NCBI GenBank assembly: GCA_963663495.1
Contig: OY760427.1
Coordinates: forward strand, 2,524,040-2,588,039
Origin: Rhodothermales bacterium
Lineage (GTDB): Bacteria > Bacteroidota > Rhodothermia > Rhodothermales > Bin80
Reading direction: 5' to 3'
DNA length: 64,000 bases
Positions within the stretch are counted from its first letter, which is position 1. Each line of letters begins with the position of its first letter. The notes beneath the pieces were generated by a model. The model did not search any database, was not told the DNA's origin, and worked only from the letters and a program-made list of their open reading frames with translations. Shown in pieces: positions 39,934-50,968 of this stretch. Made by a program: the position numbers and the translations under genes.

Positions 39934-42634
39934 CTACCGTGCGCCCAGTTCAGATACCAGACACTGTATAATATTTGTCTGTTTTTGCAAGTTTGGTGTA
40001 GTGATTGGTTCTTTCAAGAGGTGCGGAGCCCTCGGACCGGAGTGATGCTTGCACCGGGGATGCGGGAAACGTAGCATCATTTGGCATGCGCGAGGCGCTT
40101 GCCTATGCGATGGACATACGTCGGCGCTATAACGCCCGGTAGCTCTGGCGTCTTTACAGTTCTCTTCCAAATCCCCGTTGCCATCGCACTAAACGTTGGC
40201 GCGGCAACGACGCTGGGGGGCAGGTATCACTCCCGGCTTTGGGTACGTTTATTGCTTCGCGTGCTCGTCATTCTCGCTTAACGATGAGAACTTCTCTCCG
40301 TATCATATGGTATCGCTTCTCAAGGACGGCAAAGGTCTTGGCCCCTATCTCCAACCGGCTGTAGCCGCGCCAGATGACCTTGGAGCCTGGAGGCCGGTCC
40401 TTCTTCCGATCCATATAGCCACCAAAGACGGCCACCACCCGAATAGCAGCCCCGAGTGTCTTTGGAGGCGGCAGTCCAAACTCGTCGGCAAGCTCGTGCA
40501 ACAGGCGCAGTTCCATCTCATCAAACAATCCTTCCGGCGACGCTTCGGGTTCCTCGCGCCCCAGAAGCGTCATCAATAGCAGGCGCCACGCCATCACCAT
40601 ACAGATCGTAATGGCATTGTGCAGACTCTTGGCCTGCCGCATACCCAGCCGCTCTACCGCACAGCCGCTCTTGAGCACACGGAACATGTCTTCCACACGC
40701 CACCGCAACACGTAGTAGCCTACCACCTCAATAGCTTGCTCCAGCGTCGTAACCTCTTGGGTCGTCAATAGATACCACTGTACCGGTCGCTCTCCGGCTG
40801 GCGGCTGCACCTCCCGAACATGAATCGCACTGACCTGCACCGGATCCTCCTGCGACTTACCCGGCGCCGGAAGCGATAGGCGGCGGAAACGTACCTGCAT
40901 CCGCGCCAGACGGCCCGACCGCCCCTTATGCTTGACTCGACCTGACTTCACGCGGCGGCTCAAACGAGCAATCGGCACTTCCATGTGTCCTGCCGGACGG
41001 CCCGACCGCATGGTCGCAAACAACTTGGGAGACTTTTTACCCAATAGCCGATTCACCTTGGCTCGCACCAATATGTCCACACGCCCTGCGCTGCGCTGCT
41101 GCGCCAGGATCGCAAACACATCCGCCTCGCGGTCCATGACACACAGCACACGGGTACGACCACTCAGATGCGAGGCGGCTTCCGCTATGTCCCGCACGCC
41201 GTCTATCCATAACTGTGTCTTAGGAGCAGGAGCCTCTTGGTCGGTTGTATAGGCACAGCGTAAGATCCCCAACGGCACACCGTCCTCACCCACCGCCAGC
41301 GTAGCGTGCAAATGCACTCCTTTTGCCTTTGATGTGGTCTGATTGTGCCCTATCACATCCAACCCCTCGCACGCCGGACGAGTACTGTAGCTGATGTCCG
41401 TGCCATCCTGGATGCACAGCACCGTCCGTTGCGTACGCATCCGCTCTATCGTGCGATCACGATGCGGCTGCAAAATCTTCTCCGGCGTGATCTCGTTCTC
41501 GGCCGCTTTCTCCAAAAAACGGTAGTATCCCCGCCCGATCAGCGTCCAGATTGGCCGTGATCAATTCTCCTGGAGTGCGTGAAAGCATGGCCACGCTGTG
41601 TACCAACTGGTCCGAACGGCGTTTGTCCCCCAACGGCGCTCCACCAAACTCCTGTTCTGCCCATGTATCACTGGCCAGCCCCGCACCCACCTCCAGCTCG
41701 GGATACGCCTCCACAACCGGCACTCCAAGCTCCTGCCTCCAATCACCACCCAGATCATACACGAAAACCGCCTTCTTCTCTTTGGTGCATGCATTACCAG
41801 GAGCATGACGCCCACGCCCCTTGGTTTTTCCCACACACTGAAACCCCGCAGCCCGAAAACACGTGCCGCGATGTTCGGGGCTCACAAAGGTCTCTATCAC
41901 CCACGGCACATACCCGTAATCGTTCTCAAAATCCTCCGGTAAACGACGCAATACCTTCCCCAGTGTATGGCTGGCAAGGTTCCTGATCCGCACCATGGAG
42001 CGAATCAGGAACCGATTCAAACCCACGACATGGTCCCGGTAGTCCTCACGCTGCTCGTCCGACCACGCCATCCATCTGTCGCGCGCCTTCAGATACAGCG
42101 CCGCAGCCGCAAAGCCTATCGCTCCGATGTAGCCATGCTCGCTCCCGACAAGATAGCGCAACTGCCGTCCGACAAACCGTGGCGCACACATCGGATGCTC
42201 GGCCTCCACAAGCGTATTCCAGATCGCACGCTGCCCGGCATCTTCTACCAATTCCAACTCCAGGCCGCGCACATCCTTGAGCAATGTCGGCACTCCAACA
42301 GGCGCAGGTACCGGTTCGTCCAACAAACGAGGCACTGTGCTTCGGACCACGCGCTTCGGTGCAGGCAAGGACAGCGCACCCTCGGCTTCGAGTGTCTTGA
42401 GCGCCTGCAAACAACTGCTGTGCTGCACACGCCCTAAGGCATCATAAAAGCCAAACGCTTCACTCACACGGCGACTTATCGCTGTACGACCATCGTCAGG
42501 ATGCTGCTCCATGACCTCTGTCAACTCACATGGAGCGGCACGCAGTGTCCTCAGAATCTGATGTTGAACCACCATGCCGCCAATCTAAGCGGCATGAATT
42601 GCAAAGTCAAGTAGGGGTACCGGTTTAACGGTAG
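39934..42634 (-). mobile_element. Full-length DUF4338-IS4 element
   Basis: Imperfect 18-bp TIRs starting CTACCGT. 8-bp TSD ACCTAGGC at 39926-39933 and 42635-42642. Confidence 0.9.
40268..42575 (-). pseudogene. DUF4338-IS4 transposase, frameshifted
   Basis: Split into 41457-42575 and 40268-41515 at DADRA/GYYRFL. DDE residues in IQDGT, MDREAD and RWRVEDMFRVLKSGC. Confidence 0.85.
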
Positions 42635-42797
42635 ACCTAGGCGGCGACTTCCAGGATGCACTGCGACACCGCGCCGACGAAATCAAGAGCTCCCAACCAC
42701 AGAATCGGATGTTCGCCGAGAACTCTCCAAAACGGGTTCTCAAAGGCACATCGGAGCAAACAAATGCTCCGTCCACCGGCCTATTCTGACATGCGCA

Positions 42798-43610
42798 TTA
42801 CAATTCCGATCGAAGACAGCGCAGCCGTGCTACCACGGACAAATGATCGGATGCAGTCATGCTCGGGATCGTTTCAAACGATAGCACCTCCAACTCCGTA
42901 CTCACCAGAATGTAGTCCAGTCGCCGAAGCAGCATACCCCTGAATCCGGTATAGGTCTCTTCCGGTCCCGACGGCGCGCTAAGCGGCACGGACCGCGCAT
43001 CAGCCAACCTGCCGGCAGTCAGCGTTTCCAATACTTCTGAGCCAGGTAACGCATTGAAATCACCCATCACAACCACGCAGCCCGTCGGGGATAAGTTGTC
43101 CGCCCTTTCCACAATCAAACGCGCACTCTGCAGACGAGCCTCCTCGCCGCGATGATCGAAGTGGGTGTTGATTATCATTGTCGTGTCCTCACTGATCTTG
43201 TCCTCAAACGCAGCCCATGTCGCAATCCGTGGCAAAGCAGCATCCCAACCGACACTCCCAATTTCCAGCGGAAACTGAGAAAGCCAGAACCTGCCACTGC
43301 GAACCACACGGAAACGGTCACGCCTGTAAAAGATTGCCGCGTACTCCCCGCCTTCATGCCCGTCATCACGCCCTACACCTATCCACCCAAAAGCCGGCAG
43401 CACTCGGGCCAGGTTCTGCATCTGGTGATGCAATGCTTCCTGAATACCGATGATATCCGCAGCGCTCATGATAGCGGCTACCTCTTCTGCCCGGTACTGC
43501 CAGCTCCGCTCCCCATCGCCGGGATTGTCATACCGAATATTGAAGGTCATAACCATTAACGAGGTGTCTGGAGATACACCTAATAGCCCTAGCAGAATAA
43601 GTACCGCCAT
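42798..43610 (-). CDS. Endonuclease/exonuclease/phosphatase family protein
   Basis: VMTFNIRY, IGIQEA, NTHFDH, GDFNA, RLDYI, SDHL. Confidence 0.9.
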   Translation of the reverse strand: MAVLILLGLLGVSPDTSLMVMTFNIRYDNPGDGERSWQYRAEEVAAIMSAADIIGIQEALHHQMQNLARVLPAFGWIGVGRDDGHEGGEYAAIFYRRDRFRVVRSGRFWLSQFPLEIGSVGWDAALPRIATWAAFEDKISEDTTMIINTHFDHRGEEARLQSARLIVERADNLSPTGCVVVMGDFNALPGSEVLETLTAGRLADARSVPLSAPSGPEETYTGFRGMLLRRLDYILVSTELEVLSFETIPSMTASDHLSVVARLRCLRSEL

Positions 43611-43614
43611 GCTC

Positions 43615-44697
43615 CTAACCTCCTATCGTTATCATGGGACGATTTTGTGAGGCGGCGATATTGAGCATGCCTGCGTGCCGCGCGTGTTTTCGCGCGACCG
43701 CACTACTGATTACCTGAAGCAGGTCACCATCCGAGGCTCCCATGCGAATCACATCGCGCAAGCTTACCTCCGCGGCACCAAACAGGCATACCTTCAGGTT
43801 ACCGTCGGCAGTAATCCGCAACCTGTTACACCCCTCACAAAAATTCTCGGTCATTGAGGTGATAAAGCTGACAGTCCCTTCAAAACCCGGAACCCTGTAG
43901 GTCTTGGCAGTGTCGTGGCGCAGGTTATGTACGCGCTCCAGCGGAAACCTTTGCCGGATGTGACGGAGCATGGCGCGGTAGGAATACAGGGCATCCACAC
44001 CCCACGAGTTGCCGTCAAACGGCATAAACTCTATAAAACGAACATCTACGGGTTTGTCGCGAGTCCACTCCACAAAATTCCCAAGCTCGTCGTCATTCAT
44101 ACCGCGCATTACGACACAGTTAACCTTTAGCGGGCAAAACCCCCTCCTGATCGCGCCGCGGATCGCAGCCATAACCAACCCACGTCCGCGGCGCCGCGTG
44201 ATACTGAAGAAGCGGTCGTCGCGCAGCGTATCCAGACTGATGTTTAGCTGGCTCAACCCAGCCGCCTGCAGCCGATCCAGCTTCTTGCTCAAAAGCAGAC
44301 CATTGGTTGTCATGGCCAGCGTCGAAAGGCCGGGCAGCGCCGCCAGACGGGCAACGATCGTTTCTACACCCGGCCGCAATAGAGGCTCTCCCCCGGTCAG
44401 TCTGATTTTTGTCACCCCCTGCTGCACAAAAAGGCGTGCGAGCCGCACGATTTCCTCATCCTGCAACAGCTCCTCCCCGGGCGTCCACTCAAGACCATCT
44501 TCAGGCATGCAGTAGCGACATCGCAAATTACAATGCTCTACCAGAGAAATTCGCAGGTACGTATGCCGACGACCAAAATTATCATCCAGAACATGGCGCT
44601 CTCCGCTGGACGGGTCATGCCGCAACCCGAAACCCTCCGGTACATGGTCCTGCGGATGGCTGCGCCGGCGGTCCTGCAACTGGTCAAGCTCTATCAT
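43615..44697 (-). CDS. moaA: GTP 3',8-cyclase
   Basis: CNLRCRYC, CEGCNRLRITADGNLKVCL, C-terminal IGG. Confidence 0.95.
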   Translation of the reverse strand: MIELDQLQDRRRSHPQDHVPEGFGLRHDPSSGERHVLDDNFGRRHTYLRISLVEHCNLRCRYCMPEDGLEWTPGEELLQDEEIVRLARLFVQQGVTKIRLTGGEPLLRPGVETIVARLAALPGLSTLAMTTNGLLLSKKLDRLQAAGLSQLNISLDTLRDDRFFSITRRRGRGLVMAAIRGAIRRGFCPLKVNCVVMRGMNDDELGNFVEWTRDKPVDVRFIEFMPFDGNSWGVDALYSYRAMLRHIRQRFPLERVHNLRHDTAKTYRVPGFEGTVSFITSMTENFCEGCNRLRITADGNLKVCLFGAAEVSLRDVIRMGASDGDLLQVISSAVARKHARHAGMLNIAASQNRPMITIGG

Positions 44698-45266
44698 GTA
44701 TCCAAGGCCGCAAGATCCTCTGGCGTATTGATGTTCACAAGGTACTCCTCTGCTACACGGACGTAGCGCGTATCACTAAGTGCATTCACAAGCGACCTGA
44801 GAGAAAGGATGCGTTGCCGCAGATGCATCTCCACCAAGGGTAGTGTGCTCTCGTGATACGCTGCACACAGCGGATGGACCCTACCTCCGGGCTCCACGCT
44901 GATTACGGCAGAAACAGGGTACATGGTCTGTTCAATGATTCTCCCCAGCAGTGACGGCGTAATGCGCGGCACATCGCAGGCGAGAACCAGGAGCCAAGGA
45001 GTCTTCATGGCCGTAAGGCCTGCATAGATTCCTGCAAGAGGACCCGCATCAGGCATCGGATCAACGACATGGATGGTTCCAGCCACACGGTAGTCTGTGC
45101 GATCGTCCCCTACACCGATGAAAATTCTGGTCGTCACAGTGGCAAGCGCAGCGGCTACATGGTCGATAATTCGCATTCCCTGCCACTGACATGTTGCTTT
45201 GTCACGCCCCAATCGCCGGCTGCTGCCCCCTGCCAATATCAGGCCCGTTATATTCGCACACCGCAT
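44694..45266 (-). CDS. mobA: Molybdenum cofactor guanylyltransferase
   Basis: LILAGGSSRRLGRDKA, GPLAGI, LACDVP, NINTPED. Confidence 0.92.
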   Translation of the reverse strand: MRCANITGLILAGGSSRRLGRDKATCQWQGMRIIDHVAAALATVTTRIFIGVGDDRTDYRVAGTIHVVDPMPDAGPLAGIYAGLTAMKTPWLLVLACDVPRITPSLLGRIIEQTMYPVSAVISVEPGGRVHPLCAAYHESTLPLVEMHLRQRILSLRSLVNALSDTRYVRVAEEYLVNINTPEDLAALDT

Positions 45267-47509
45267 CAGTCCAAGCGGATAACCACGGACTTTGACGCTG
45301 GAGTATTGCTGCGGGAAGCCGTATGGCTAATCGGCACCAGTACATTGGCCTCCGGGAAGTAGGTGGCTGCGCACCGCGACGGAATGGGATACGGTATGGC
45401 ACGAAACCCTTGTACGGACCGCGATTCGCCATCATACAAACTCGTAATAACAACCTCCTGACCCGCACTAATGCCTTCACGCTTCATGTCCTGCGGATTA
45501 AGGAAGATTACGTTGCGCCCCTTCTTTATGCCTCGGTAACGGTCTCCCAGTCCGTATACTTCAGTGTTGAACTGATCATGACTCCGAATAGTCATCATCG
45601 TGTACTCTCCGTCATCAAGGCGAAAGGACGGAGGATTGTGAATTGTGAACTGCGCCTTTCCCGATGGTGTAACAAATTGCCGGTTGCACGCAGGGTTCGG
45701 AAGTGCGAAGCCATTCGGGCGGCGAACAAGCTCATTATACCGGTCAAAGCCGGGGATCACTTCCTCAATCGCGGATCGAATATGATCGTAGTCGCCTGCA
45801 AAGTGCTTCCACGGACTATGCTCTCCGAGGACCCGTGCGGCCAGACTGGCAACTATCCATATTTCACTCCGTAAGTCACTGGACGCCGGCTCAAGAACAC
45901 CGGTGGTTCCGTGAACGATGCCCATGGAGTTTTCTACCGAGAGCACTTGGGGGCGCCCCCGCTGCACGTCACGCTCAGTGCGTGCCAGGCACGGCAGAAT
46001 AATTGATTCCTTCCCGGGTGTCAAATGGCTACGGTTGAGAGTCGTGGAAACGTGAGCCGCCAAGGTGCAGTTCGACAACGCCTCGGCGGTATAGGTTGTG
46101 TCCGGTGCAGCAGATACGAAGTTGCCTCCCAAAGAAAGAAAAACCCCTATGTCTCCGCGATGCATGGCCCGGATTGCATCAACCGTGTCTAGTCCGGGCT
46201 CAAGCGGCGGACGAAAACCAAAACGGTTGCCCAAGTACTCCAGGAAGGCAATCGTGGGTCGGGAAGTGATCCCGACCGTCCGATCTCCCTGTACATTGGA
46301 ATGGCCGCGCACAGGACACACTCCTGCACCTGGCTTTCCAATGCACCCCTTGAGTAACATTAGGTTTACGATCGACTGAATGTTGGCGACCGCATGCTCG
46401 TGCTGCGTCATTCCCATAGCCCAGCACGCAACAATACGATCTGAACGCATGATCGCCTGCGCGATCTTTTCAATCACACGTGACGGCACACCACTGAGCT
46501 CAACGAGGCGCTCGTCACTCATTGACATCAGGTGGCTACGCAGTTCTTCAAACCCCTGCGTGTACCGATGAATGAACTTGCGGTCAAGAACATTACCGGG
46601 GTCATTTTCCTCGGCCTCAAGCATTTGCTTCATCACCGCGCTCAAGAACGCCACATCTCCCCCAATACGCACCTGAGCAAAATATCTTGTCAGCGGAACA
46701 GCCTTGCCGACAATGGCTGCGAGTTTTTGCGGATTGCGAAAACGCGACAGACCCGCTTCGGGCAGCGGGTTAACATGAACTATAATGGCACCACGCAGCG
46801 CAGCCTCCTCCAGCGTTGACAGCATGCGAGGATGATTCGTGCCCGGGTTCTGACCGATCACCAGGATGAGGTCCGCACGCGAAAAATCTTCCAGCTTTAC
46901 CGTGCCTTTCCCCACGCCCAAGGTCTCCTTCAACGCGACACCGCTGGATTCGTGGCACATGTTAGAGCAATCCGGCAGGTTGTTCGTACCAAATCTGCGA
47001 GCCAACAGTTGAAACAGAAATGCTGCTTCGTTGCTTGCCCTTCCTGAGGTATAGAAGACAGCTCTGTCCGGACTGCTCAGTGCCCGCAGATGGTCTGCAA
47101 CCGATCGCAGCGCCGTATCCCAGGAGATGGGTTGGTAATGATCTTTACCCTTGTGCAAAACCATGGGAGTCGTGAGCCTCCCTTGCCTGTTCAGCCAGTG
47201 ATCCGGCTGCTTCCCCAGTTCGACCACGGACCAACGCCGGAAAAACTCAGGTGTCACCCTTTTCCTGGTGGCTGCATTCGCAACGGCCTTAACCCCATTC
47301 TCGCAAAATTCTGCTGCGGAAGGAACGGTCGGGTCCGGCCAGGCACAGCTTGGACAGTCAAAGCCTTCCTGCTGGTTAACAGCGCGAAGTGTTTTGATGG
47401 TGCGCACAAGTCCCATCTTCCCTAGTCCGTGACGCGCCGCACTTAGGATGGCCGCCAAGCCTCCCGACTCCTCCTTCGGCGATGACCACCCGACTTTCTT
47501 CATCCTCAC
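45266..47509 (-). CDS. FdhF/YdeP-family molybdopterin oxidoreductase
   Basis: GFDCPSCAWPD, EFCENG, NLPDCSNMCHE, RGHSNVQGDRT, RSHDQFNT. Confidence 0.9.
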   Translation of the reverse strand: MRMKKVGWSSPKEESGGLAAILSAARHGLGKMGLVRTIKTLRAVNQQEGFDCPSCAWPDPTVPSAAEFCENGVKAVANAATRKRVTPEFFRRWSVVELGKQPDHWLNRQGRLTTPMVLHKGKDHYQPISWDTALRSVADHLRALSSPDRAVFYTSGRASNEAAFLFQLLARRFGTNNLPDCSNMCHESSGVALKETLGVGKGTVKLEDFSRADLILVIGQNPGTNHPRMLSTLEEAALRGAIIVHVNPLPEAGLSRFRNPQKLAAIVGKAVPLTRYFAQVRIGGDVAFLSAVMKQMLEAEENDPGNVLDRKFIHRYTQGFEELRSHLMSMSDERLVELSGVPSRVIEKIAQAIMRSDRIVACWAMGMTQHEHAVANIQSIVNLMLLKGCIGKPGAGVCPVRGHSNVQGDRTVGITSRPTIAFLEYLGNRFGFRPPLEPGLDTVDAIRAMHRGDIGVFLSLGGNFVSAAPDTTYTAEALSNCTLAAHVSTTLNRSHLTPGKESIILPCLARTERDVQRGRPQVLSVENSMGIVHGTTGVLEPASSDLRSEIWIVASLAARVLGEHSPWKHFAGDYDHIRSAIEEVIPGFDRYNELVRRPNGFALPNPACNRQFVTPSGKAQFTIHNPPSFRLDDGEYTMMTIRSHDQFNTEVYGLGDRYRGIKKGRNVIFLNPQDMKREGISAGQEVVITSLYDGESRSVQGFRAIPYPIPSRCAATYFPEANVLVPISHTASRSNTPASKSVVIRLD

Positions 47510-47814
47510 GTATGTCTACAGGGCAGGTCCATCTCAATTAACACCCTAATCTTACCAGCGGTCCCGTTCCAAAGCGTCGCATTTTTCGACTTATCCCAGC
47601 CTTGTACCGCGAGCTTCGGTATACGCACGGTGATAGCGCCTGCCTCAAAGGCAGCTTCCAGGTTTTCCTTACCGATCAGGACCCGATAGATCAAACATTT
47701 ATCGTTTGAAAAAGGCAGTGCACAAACTACCTCACCTGACGTTGTGAGGGTTGAGACATCCGCTGCTGATAGCCGAATTCGCAGCGAATCCCCGTGGAGG
47801 CGCAGCTTCACAGG
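47506..47814 (-). CDS. Small conserved hypothetical protein
   Basis: (M)KLRLHGDSLRIRLS...VLIEMDLPC. A GTG start is assumed. It lies in the fdhD operon. Confidence 0.6.
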   Translation of the reverse strand, partial: PVKLRLHGDSLRIRLSAADVSTLTTSGEVVCALPFSNDKCLIYRVLIGKENLEAAFEAGAITVRIPKLAVQGWDKSKNATLWNGTAGKIRVLIEMDLPCRHT

Positions 47815-48632
47815 ATCCTGTTCCGACCTGCGTACACATTGAATTGGGTGCATTTTGCAAATCCGACAAGTGTAAGCCCATACTTCCGTGCCAGGTCCAC
47901 GGCCAGCGTTGTTGGTGCTCCGACAGCAACAATGACAGAAATCCCTGCCATATATGCCTTTTGAATGACTTCAAAGCTTACGCGCCCGCTCACGGCTAGT
48001 GCCGCCGCACGCGGGTGCGCATACCCTTCCATGACCTGCCAACCTACAACCTTGTCCACCGCATTGTGACGTCCCACATCCTCCATCACTATCATTAACT
48101 CCCCGGTCTCCTGCAGCAGGGCCGCGCCATGCAGTCCTCCTGTACTCCGGAAAACAGTCTGACTCGCAAGTAGCCGATCAGGAAGCTCCCGAATCACATC
48201 GGCCCGCATTGTTACCTCCACGGGGGCAAAACGGCGCCGATTCGGCAGATCCAGCGCCTGCTTGGATTTCTTGCCACACACGCCGCAACTGCTGAAAATA
48301 TTGAACAACCGATTCAGCCGCTTGCACGCCGTCCTGGGATGGCGACCGAGCGAGATATTTACAGCGTCCGTCAGCCGAGGATCGGGACCCGCACGGATAA
48401 CATCGGACAACGAATGGATTATCCCCTCTGCAAAAAGGAAGCCAACAGCGAGCGCTACATCATCTCCCGGCGTACGCATGGTTACAGCCACCGTCTGCAC
48501 CCGCGCATTCGGCTGCTTCATGCGTATCTCCAGTGGTGCCTCTACCGCGACGGAATCTTTTACCTTGGAAATCGCAGTCGTCGTATACCGTGTCACCCCC
48601 CTCGAAAGCGCTCCGGGGCGTGTCGTTTTCAT
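47808..48632 (-). CDS. fdhD: Formate dehydrogenase accessory sulfurtransferase
   Basis: EAPLEI, MRTPGDD, SSCGVCG, TGGLHGA, EDVGRHNAVDK. Start moved to ATG 48632. Confidence 0.93.
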   Translation of the reverse strand: MKTTRPGALSRGVTRYTTTAISKVKDSVAVEAPLEIRMKQPNARVQTVAVTMRTPGDDVALAVGFLFAEGIIHSLSDVIRAGPDPRLTDAVNISLGRHPRTACKRLNRLFNIFSSCGVCGKKSKQALDLPNRRRFAPVEVTMRADVIRELPDRLLASQTVFRSTGGLHGAALLQETGELMIVMEDVGRHNAVDKVVGWQVMEGYAHPRAAALAVSGRVSFEVIQKAYMAGISVIVAVGAPTTLAVDLARKYGLTLVGFAKCTQFNVYAGRNRIL

Positions 48633-48738
48633 GCTAACCTTTTGCACAAGACAGCGCATACATGAATATACGACAGGATGCGTGTAGCAACCTTTTGACC
48701 CGCCTTCCGGTTGAACGGGCGCCCAAATAGGTTTCGTA

Positions 48739-49941
48739 ATGGCGATAGCATTAGCTTTCAGCGGCGGTTTGGATACATCGTTCTGTGTTCCGTATCTGAA
48801 GGAGACATTCCGGGAGCCCGTTATTACCGTGACCATCGATACGGGCGGGCTGGAGCCCGGCGCACACGCTGCGCTGGAAGAAAAGGCCCTGAGCCTTGGT
48901 GCCTCTCGGCATTTTACCATTGATGGAAAGCCAGCTCTCTTTGATGACCACTTGCAGTACCTCATTATGGGCAATGTCCTGCGTGGCAGCGTTTACCCGC
49001 TGTGCGTGGGTTCCGAACGCGTGGTGCAAGCCACAAAGCTGGTGGAGGTGGCCAAGGCACAAGGCGCCCGTGCCATCGCTCATGGATGCACCGGAGCTGG
49101 TAATGATCAGGTTCGGTTTGATGTGGTTATCCGCCTCCTTGCGGACGACATGGAGATCATCGCCCCAATTCGAGATAAAGGGCTTACCCGTCAGGAAACT
49201 ACGGAATATCTTGGATCAAGGGGCCATACCATACCACCATCAACTACCTCTTACTCGGTAAATACCGGCCTCTGGGGCACCACTATAGGAGGAGCTGAGA
49301 CGCACACTACCACCGCTCCCCTCCCCGACCATGCATACCCTGACACCATATCCCCAACAAAAGCTCCCGACGCTGCAGAATCTATCGAGCTGATTTTCGA
49401 AAAAGGACTGCCCGTGGCACTTTCCGGCCAGCCGCTGGACGGCGTTGACCTCGTACTTGGCTTAAGCACCGTGGGGGCACGGCATGGCATCGGACGCGGT
49501 ATCCATGTGGGCGACACGATTTTGGGACTCAAAGGACGCGTTGCATTTGAAGCACCAGGGCCAATGATACTGTTGGCAGCCCATCGCGAACTGGAAAAGA
49601 TCGTGCTCACCAAGTGGCAACGGTTCCAGAAGGATCAGTTGGCAGAATTGTATGGCATGCTGCTCCACGAGGGACAACACTTTGATCCGGTGATGCGCGA
49701 TATTGAGGCATTCTTGCAGTCGTCGCAGACGGTCGTCAGCGGTACCGTGCAGGTACGGCTCTATAAGGGGAATGTCTCGGTGATCGGTTGCGACAGTCCC
49801 CATTCCATGTTCAACACGGATATCGCTCATTACGGGGAACATGCCTCCTTGTGGGACGGACGCGATGCGGAAGGATTCTGTCGCATCGTAGGGTTGCAAG
49901 CCTATCTGGCCCGCAAATCGCGAGTGGAGCCCGGTGATTGA
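48739..49941 (+). CDS. argG: Argininosuccinate synthase
   Basis: ALAFSGGLDTS, AHGCTGAGNDQVRF, KGRVAFEAP. Confidence 0.96.
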   Translation: MAIALAFSGGLDTSFCVPYLKETFREPVITVTIDTGGLEPGAHAALEEKALSLGASRHFTIDGKPALFDDHLQYLIMGNVLRGSVYPLCVGSERVVQATKLVEVAKAQGARAIAHGCTGAGNDQVRFDVVIRLLADDMEIIAPIRDKGLTRQETTEYLGSRGHTIPPSTTSYSVNTGLWGTTIGGAETHTTTAPLPDHAYPDTISPTKAPDAAESIELIFEKGLPVALSGQPLDGVDLVLGLSTVGARHGIGRGIHVGDTILGLKGRVAFEAPGPMILLAAHRELEKIVLTKWQRFQKDQLAELYGMLLHEGQHFDPVMRDIEAFLQSSQTVVSGTVQVRLYKGNVSVIGCDSPHSMFNTDIAHYGEHASLWDGRDAEGFCRIVGLQAYLARKSRVEPGD

Positions 49942-50968
49942 CTGCATGTCCTGCGAAACCACATCGTCTGTTGCAGTGCTGCATGGCGGAGGCTATGCAG
50001 GGCGTGAGCTGATCCAACTCCTTGTACGCCATCCCTACACGGCACTGACTGCGGTCACAAGCCGCACATTCGCCGGCGGGCCCGTCCATACCGCCCACCC
50101 GTCGCTACGCGGCCAGACGGACCTGCGATATGTGAACCCCGCAAATGTGGACCTGCTTGCAATGGATGCCCTTATCCTCGCTGCCGAGCACGGCAAAGCA
50201 GCTGCCGTCGTCCATCAACTGGTCCGGGCCGGATACGATGGTGTAATTATTGATTTAAGTGCAGACTTCAGGTTTGCGGATGCCGGTGAGTATGAAAAAC
50301 GGTTCAACCGTTCTCACCCGGCCCCGGATCTGGTGCCACGTTTTTCGTACGGGCTTGCAGAGGTTTGCGCACCGTACGGCGGGCGCTTCATTGCGAATCC
50401 CGGCTGCTTCGCCACTGGCATTGCGTTGGCCTTGCGGCCGATTTCTCAGGCTATAGGTGCGGTGACAGCGCAGGTCACAGCCCTTACGGGCGCGTCCGGA
50501 TCAGGAACACTACCCAAACCCACGACCCACTTTCCGTCGAGAGACGGAAATGTGCGTGCCTACCGCCCGCTGAACCACCAGCACCTGCCTGAAGTGCTGA
50601 GCATGTTGGAGCCGGGATCCAATGTGGCCTTTGTGCCTGTTTCCGGGCCTTGGACGCGCGGAATTTGGGGGATGGCCTATGTGCAGCTGCCAGGCAGCGT
50701 AAGCATGCAGGAGGTGGACGGCTGGTTCAGTGCGGCGTATCCGGCCGGCCGCTGTGTGCGCACATGGTCCGGCCAGCTCCCCGAATTGCACTATGCGCTA
50801 GGAACACCCTATTGCGATATTGGGTGGACCATCAGAGACGGCGTGCTGGTCATCGTTTTCGCGCTGGACAACCTGCTGAAAGGCGCCGCCTCCCAAGCGG
50901 TGCAGAACCTCAATCTGGTAATGGGCTGGCCAGAAACAGCCGGATTGATAAGGGGTTTATATGCCTGA
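49934..50968 (+). CDS. argC: N-acetyl-gamma-glutamyl-phosphate reductase (last codons altered by an insertion)
   Basis: GGGYAG, DLSADFR, ANPGCFAT, DNLLKGAASQAVQN. Confidence 0.93.
   Translation: MIDCMSCETTSSVAVLHGGGYAGRELIQLLVRHPYTALTAVTSRTFAGGPVHTAHPSLRGQTDLRYVNPANVDLLAMDALILAAEHGKAAAVVHQLVRAGYDGVIIDLSADFRFADAGEYEKRFNRSHPAPDLVPRFSYGLAEVCAPYGGRFIANPGCFATGIALALRPISQAIGAVTAQVTALTGASGSGTLPKPTTHFPSRDGNVRAYRPLNHQHLPEVLSMLEPGSNVAFVPVSGPWTRGIWGMAYVQLPGSVSMQEVDGWFSAAYPAGRCVRTWSGQLPELHYALGTPYCDIGWTIRDGVLVIVFALDNLLKGAASQAVQNLNLVMGWPETAGLIRGLYA

Noticed and set aside
48633-48738. ARG box upstream of argG
   Set aside because: GCATACATGAAT does not fit the TGAAT-N4-ATTCA palindrome convincingly.
47808-48974. 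388-aa version of fdhD
   Set aside because: The N-terminal extension overlaps argG on the opposite strand. ATG 48632 fits the family length.
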